Source of the DNA: an uncultured Candidatus Saccharibacteria bacterium
GTDB lineage: Bacteria; Patescibacteriota; Minisyncoccia; CAZICC01
Direction of reading: 5' to 3'
Length of the DNA stretch: 28,114 bases
Assembly: GCA_964537645.1 (NCBI GenBank)
Contig: CAZICC010000002.1
Location: forward strand, 1-28,114
Below the pieces are notes generated by a model. It saw only the letters and a program-made list of their open reading frames with translations. It searched no databases and was not told where the DNA came from. Of this stretch, positions 24,933-28,114 are shown piece by piece (positions within the stretch are counted from its first letter, which is position 1; each line of letters starts with the position of its first letter). The translations under genes were made by a program, and so were the position numbers.

Positions 24933-26786
24933 ATGAGCGACACAACTCTTTTCGCGGAAACAAACTTCAGGAACGAGCGCAAAAGGTTCGGCATCAAAGT
25001 CAACGACCGTCGGAAACACGTTTACATCGTCGGGAAAACCGGCATGGGCAAAACGACCCTGCTGGAGAACATGGCCATCCAGGACATCCGGGCCGGCCGA
25101 GGCATAGGCATCGTTGACCCGCACGGCGAATTCGCCGAGAAGATGCTGGATTTCGTTCCGCCCGAACGCCTGGACGACGTGGTTTACATCAATCCGGCCG
25201 ATTTGGACTGGCCGGTGGCGTTCAACGTGATGGAAAAAATCGGTTCCGAACAGCGCCATCTCGTCGCTTCGGGATTGATGAGCGTTTTCAAAAAAATCTG
25301 GATTGACCTTTGGAGCGCCCGGATGGAATACATTCTGAACAACACCATCCTCGCCCTTTTGGAATATCCCGATTCCACGCTGCTCGGCGTCAACCGGATG
25401 CTGGCCGACAAAGATTTCCGCAAAGAGGTGATTTCGCGCGTTACCGACCCGGTGGTCCAATCGTTCTGGACAATGGAATTCGCCCGCTACCACGACAAAT
25501 TCCAATCCGAAGCCATCGCGCCCATTCAAAACAAAGCCGGCCAGTTCACCGCCAATCCGGTCATCAGAAACATCATCGGCCAGCCGAAATCCACCGTTGA
25601 AATACGGAAAATAATGGACGAGGGGAAAATTCTGATTATGAATCTTTCCAAAGGGAAAATCGGCGAAGACAACAGCCGGCTGCTCGGCGCCCTGATGATT
25701 ACCCGCTTGCAACTCGCGGCGATGTCGCGGGTTGACATTCCCGAGGACGAACGACGCGACTTCTTCCTTTACGTTGACGAATTCCAGAATTTCGCCACCG
25801 ATTCCTTCAAATATATCCTGTCGGAAGCGCGGAAGTACCGCCTTTCTTTGACTTTGGCCCATCAGTATATCACCCAAATGGAAGAAACCGTGCGCGACGC
25901 CATTTTCGGAAACGTCGGCACCCTGATTCTTTTTCGGGTCGGGGCGGCAGACGCTGAATTCCTGGAAAAAGAATTCGCGCCGGAATTCACGGCCGACGAC
26001 CTGGTTAATCTGGGATTGGGCGACATTTATCTGAAACTGATGATAAACGGGGTGGCGTCGCATCCTTTTTCCGCCCACGGATTGGGGCCGGTTCAAATGC
26101 CGGAAAAATCCCGCAAAGAAGAAATTATCGCGAAATCGCGGCAAAAATACGCCCTCCCGCGCCTGCAAGTGGAAGAAACGATTAAAAAATGGGCCGAACC
26201 GACGGTTTCTTCCGCCGCGGCTTCTTTTGGGGCCGCCCCTTCAACGGACGCCGGCGGCGCGCCCGCGTCGCCGAAGCCGGGTTTTGAATCGGAATGCTGG
26301 GAATGCGGGAAAAAAACCACGACGCCCTTCCAGCCCGACGGCAAGCGGCCGGTCTATTGTCCGGTTTGCCTGGAAAAATTCCGGAAAGGCGAAATTTTGC
26401 CGCATACGGTTCACGAAAGCAAAATTTCGTCCCGAACGGAACCGAGGGGCCGTCCGCCTTACAGCGTTTCTCCCGGCCGCCGGCCTTCGCCGCCGCCCGG
26501 GCCGCGAATGGCCCGCGGAACGACTTCCGAACCGGTCGGGCGCGAAGTACCGAAACCAATTTCGCTTTCCGAAGCACTGGAATCGGAACGACTGGCAAAA
26601 ACCGCAACGGACGGTTCTGGGCCGGAAAATAAAAAAAAGAAAGAGATCAACCTCGGCGATTTGAGGAAGACGCTGGAAGAATCGCTCAAAAACGTTTCCG
26701 CCGGCAGAGAATCGGGCAAAGAGCCGGAGAACGGAAGCGCGGAAAATAAAAAAACCATCAAGCCAGGGGAAGTGGTAAAATTTTAA
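24933..26786 (+). CDS. VirD4/TrwB/HerA-like P-loop ATPase with a C-terminal CxxC-x17-CxxC domain
   Basis: Walker A GKTGMGKT, DPHGE, Walker B LYVDEFQNF and SEARKYRLSLTLAHQY; C-terminal CWECGKKTTTPFQPDGKRPVYCPVC. Confidence 0.9.
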   Translation: MSDTTLFAETNFRNERKRFGIKVNDRRKHVYIVGKTGMGKTTLLENMAIQDIRAGRGIGIVDPHGEFAEKMLDFVPPERLDDVVYINPADLDWPVAFNVMEKIGSEQRHLVASGLMSVFKKIWIDLWSARMEYILNNTILALLEYPDSTLLGVNRMLADKDFRKEVISRVTDPVVQSFWTMEFARYHDKFQSEAIAPIQNKAGQFTANPVIRNIIGQPKSTVEIRKIMDEGKILIMNLSKGKIGEDNSRLLGALMITRLQLAAMSRVDIPEDERRDFFLYVDEFQNFATDSFKYILSEARKYRLSLTLAHQYITQMEETVRDAIFGNVGTLILFRVGAADAEFLEKEFAPEFTADDLVNLGLGDIYLKLMINGVASHPFSAHGLGPVQMPEKSRKEEIIAKSRQKYALPRLQVEETIKKWAEPTVSSAAASFGAAPSTDAGGAPASPKPGFESECWECGKKTTTPFQPDGKRPVYCPVCLEKFRKGEILPHTVHESKISSRTEPRGRPPYSVSPGRRPSPPPGPRMARGTTSEPVGREVPKPISLSEALESERLAKTATDGSGPENKKKKEINLGDLRKTLEESLKNVSAGRESGKEPENGSAENKKTIKPGEVVKF

Positions 26787-26804
26787 AACCATTGATAAAA
26801 ACCC

Positions 26805-26833
26805 TTGACAGAGTCCGTTATCGGTGCTAAACT
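26805..26833 (+). promoter_or_regulatory. Strong sigma70-type promoter
   Basis: TTGACA-N17-TAAACT with a TG extension. Confidence 0.75.
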
Positions 26834-26839
26834 GATAAT

Positions 26840-26911
26840 GTGAGTGCCGTACCGAAAGGTACCCAAAGCTATTTGTCGTAGAAAGCCCGCCTTTGGCGGG
26901 TTTTCTATTTT
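26840..26911 (+). ncRNA. Candidate ~70-nt small RNA or attenuated leader
   Basis: Lies between the promoter and an intrinsic terminator; contains the GNRA-capped stem GTACC-GAAA-GGTAC; no Rfam family recognised. Confidence 0.35.
26879..26911 (+). terminator. Intrinsic terminator
   Basis: TAGAAAG-CCCGCC-TTT-GGCGGG-TTTTCTA-TTTT. Confidence 0.85.
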
Positions 26912-27019
26912 ATCCCGCGAATCACGAATAGCGCGGAATAGATTTGATTTTTAAATTATACGCAATTATAATATCATTGTCCTTTAAAAATAAAATAACC
27001 TCTTGAAGAAGGAGGAGTA

Positions 27020-28114
27020 ATGAAAAATCTGAAAATCGGATTTTTACTGCATTTTTATCAGCCTTGGTGGCAATTCCCGGAAACATTGCGAAAAATCGCC
27101 GACCAATGCTACCGTCCCGTGACCGAGCTGCTGGAAAAGACGCCGGGCTTCTGCTTTTCGGCCAATATCAACTATTCGCTGCTGGAACTTTTGGATTTAA
27201 ATTCCGTTAAATTGTCAATCGATTTCACTTTCAATAATTTCCGGAAAATTATTTACGATTTCAAGAAAGCGGCCGAAACGGGCAAAATAGAGCTTTTGGG
27301 AAGCGCGGCGTATCATCCGATTATGCCTTTGATTCCCAAGGACTCGCGGATTTTACAGATGCTGGCCGACAGTGAGTTCAAAAAAACGCTCTGGGGCATT
27401 GAACGGAATTGCGGCGGCATATTCCTGCCGGAAATGGCCTGGTCGCAAAACATCCTGGCGAATCTTAAAGAATGCGGCTATCTCTGGACTGTTCTGGATG
27501 ACGTTTCGTTTAAGCCCCAGTATGATTATGTCCCTTTTGACCATATTCCGGACATTCAAGGCGGTTTCAAAGTATTTTTGCGCTCTAATTACTGGAGCAA
27601 TCAAATCGCCTCGGGCATTTTGGATTTCAAAACATTTCGGGAAAAATTTAATTACGAATTTCCGCGATGGACCGAAAACCGGCCGGCCTACCTTGTTATC
27701 GCTCTGGACGCGGAAACATTCGGCCACCACCATCCGCGACTGATAAAAGATTTCTTGCGGCCGATGCTGGAAGAATGGGGGAGCGGCGGTTCCGGAATTT
27801 TGACGCCGATTGAAAAAATCGGAGAGATTTTTCCGGCGAAAACCCTGGCAAAAATCAACGACGGTTCCTGGTCAACCTCGGCGGACGACTGCTGGCGCGA
27901 CGACCCTTTTCCGCTTTGGAAATCAAAATATAATCCGCATCATCAAAATCTTTGGCGACTTGTCAATCTGGCGTTGCTGAATTTCGGGGAACCCGAAACA
28001 AATCTGGATTGCCTGAAAGTCGTCTCTTCCTGCCATTGGTGGTGGATTTCCGGCCAACCGTGGTGGAAGCCGGAATTCATGAAATTCGGCGCCCGGAAAG
28101 CGATGGAAATCGTC
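27020..28114 (+). CDS. Glycoside hydrolase family 57 protein (3'-truncated by the window edge)
   Basis: Absent from the ORF track because there is no stop. Manual translation from ATG 27020 (SD AAGGAGG) gives LHFYQP, LLGSAAYHPIMPL, IFLPEMAW (nucleophile Glu), ALDAETFGHH (acid/base Asp) and SCHWWW. Confidence 0.9.
   Translation, partial: MKNLKIGFLLHFYQPWWQFPETLRKIADQCYRPVTELLEKTPGFCFSANINYSLLELLDLNSVKLSIDFTFNNFRKIIYDFKKAAETGKIELLGSAAYHPIMPLIPKDSRILQMLADSEFKKTLWGIERNCGGIFLPEMAWSQNILANLKECGYLWTVLDDVSFKPQYDYVPFDHIPDIQGGFKVFLRSNYWSNQIASGILDFKTFREKFNYEFPRWTENRPAYLVIALDAETFGHHHPRLIKDFLRPMLEEWGSGGSGILTPIEKIGEIFPAKTLAKINDGSWSTSADDCWRDDPFPLWKSKYNPHHQNLWRLVNLALLNFGEPETNLDCLKVVSSCHWWWISGQPWWKPEFMKFGARKAMEIV

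Noticed and set aside
23569-26786. Conjugative element or complete type IV secretion system
   Set aside because: Only a VirD4-like ATPase and one partner are present; there is no relaxase, VirB4, channel genes, oriT evidence or integrase in the window.
26804-26830. Second CIRCE-like site (GGTGCTAA half-site)
   Set aside because: It has only a partial right arm with no matching TTAGCACTC arm 9 nt upstream, and the bases are explained by the extended -10 promoter.
26840-26880. c-di-GMP-I riboswitch or hammerhead ribozyme
   Set aside because: It has a GAAA-capped stem and CTGAT/CAAAGC-like words, but the required conserved cores and pairings are not present in the right order.

Overview
A gene-dense, almost entirely plus-strand bacterial window that looks like Patescibacteria/CPR (Parcubacteria-like). 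This taxonomy is inferred from gene content and the scarcity of Shine-Dalgarno sites; standard genetic code 11 fits. It holds a CIRCE-controlled heat-shock operon (hrcA, two tandem HExxH zincin-like paralogs, a hypothetical, grpE, dnaK). An ~11 kb block follows: membrane protein, DacA-YbbR diadenylate cyclase fusion, YbhB/YbcL, metal-dependent hydrolase, MEMO-CapA fusion, beta-propeller protein, DUF5652, a PD-(D/E)xK pseudogene and an FKBP. Then come dnaJ, tRNA-Lys(UUU)-secD-secF, two small minus-strand genes, a sigma70-r4/HARE-HTH protein, a VirD4/TrwB-like ATPase with its partner, and a GH57 gene running off the end. The most unusual signal is non-coding: many gene junctions carry hairpin-forming repeats of several families. 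A 36-nt palindromic repeat sits in-frame twice inside grpE. Two ~157-nt structured elements with compensatory base changes flank tRNA-secDF in inverted orientation. Heptamer-period and CCGCG-type hairpins occur at other junctions, and a 19-bp inverted-repeat element abuts the CIRCE. No transposase, integrase or CRISPR array is present. All alignments and family calls were made by eye and no database searches were run.
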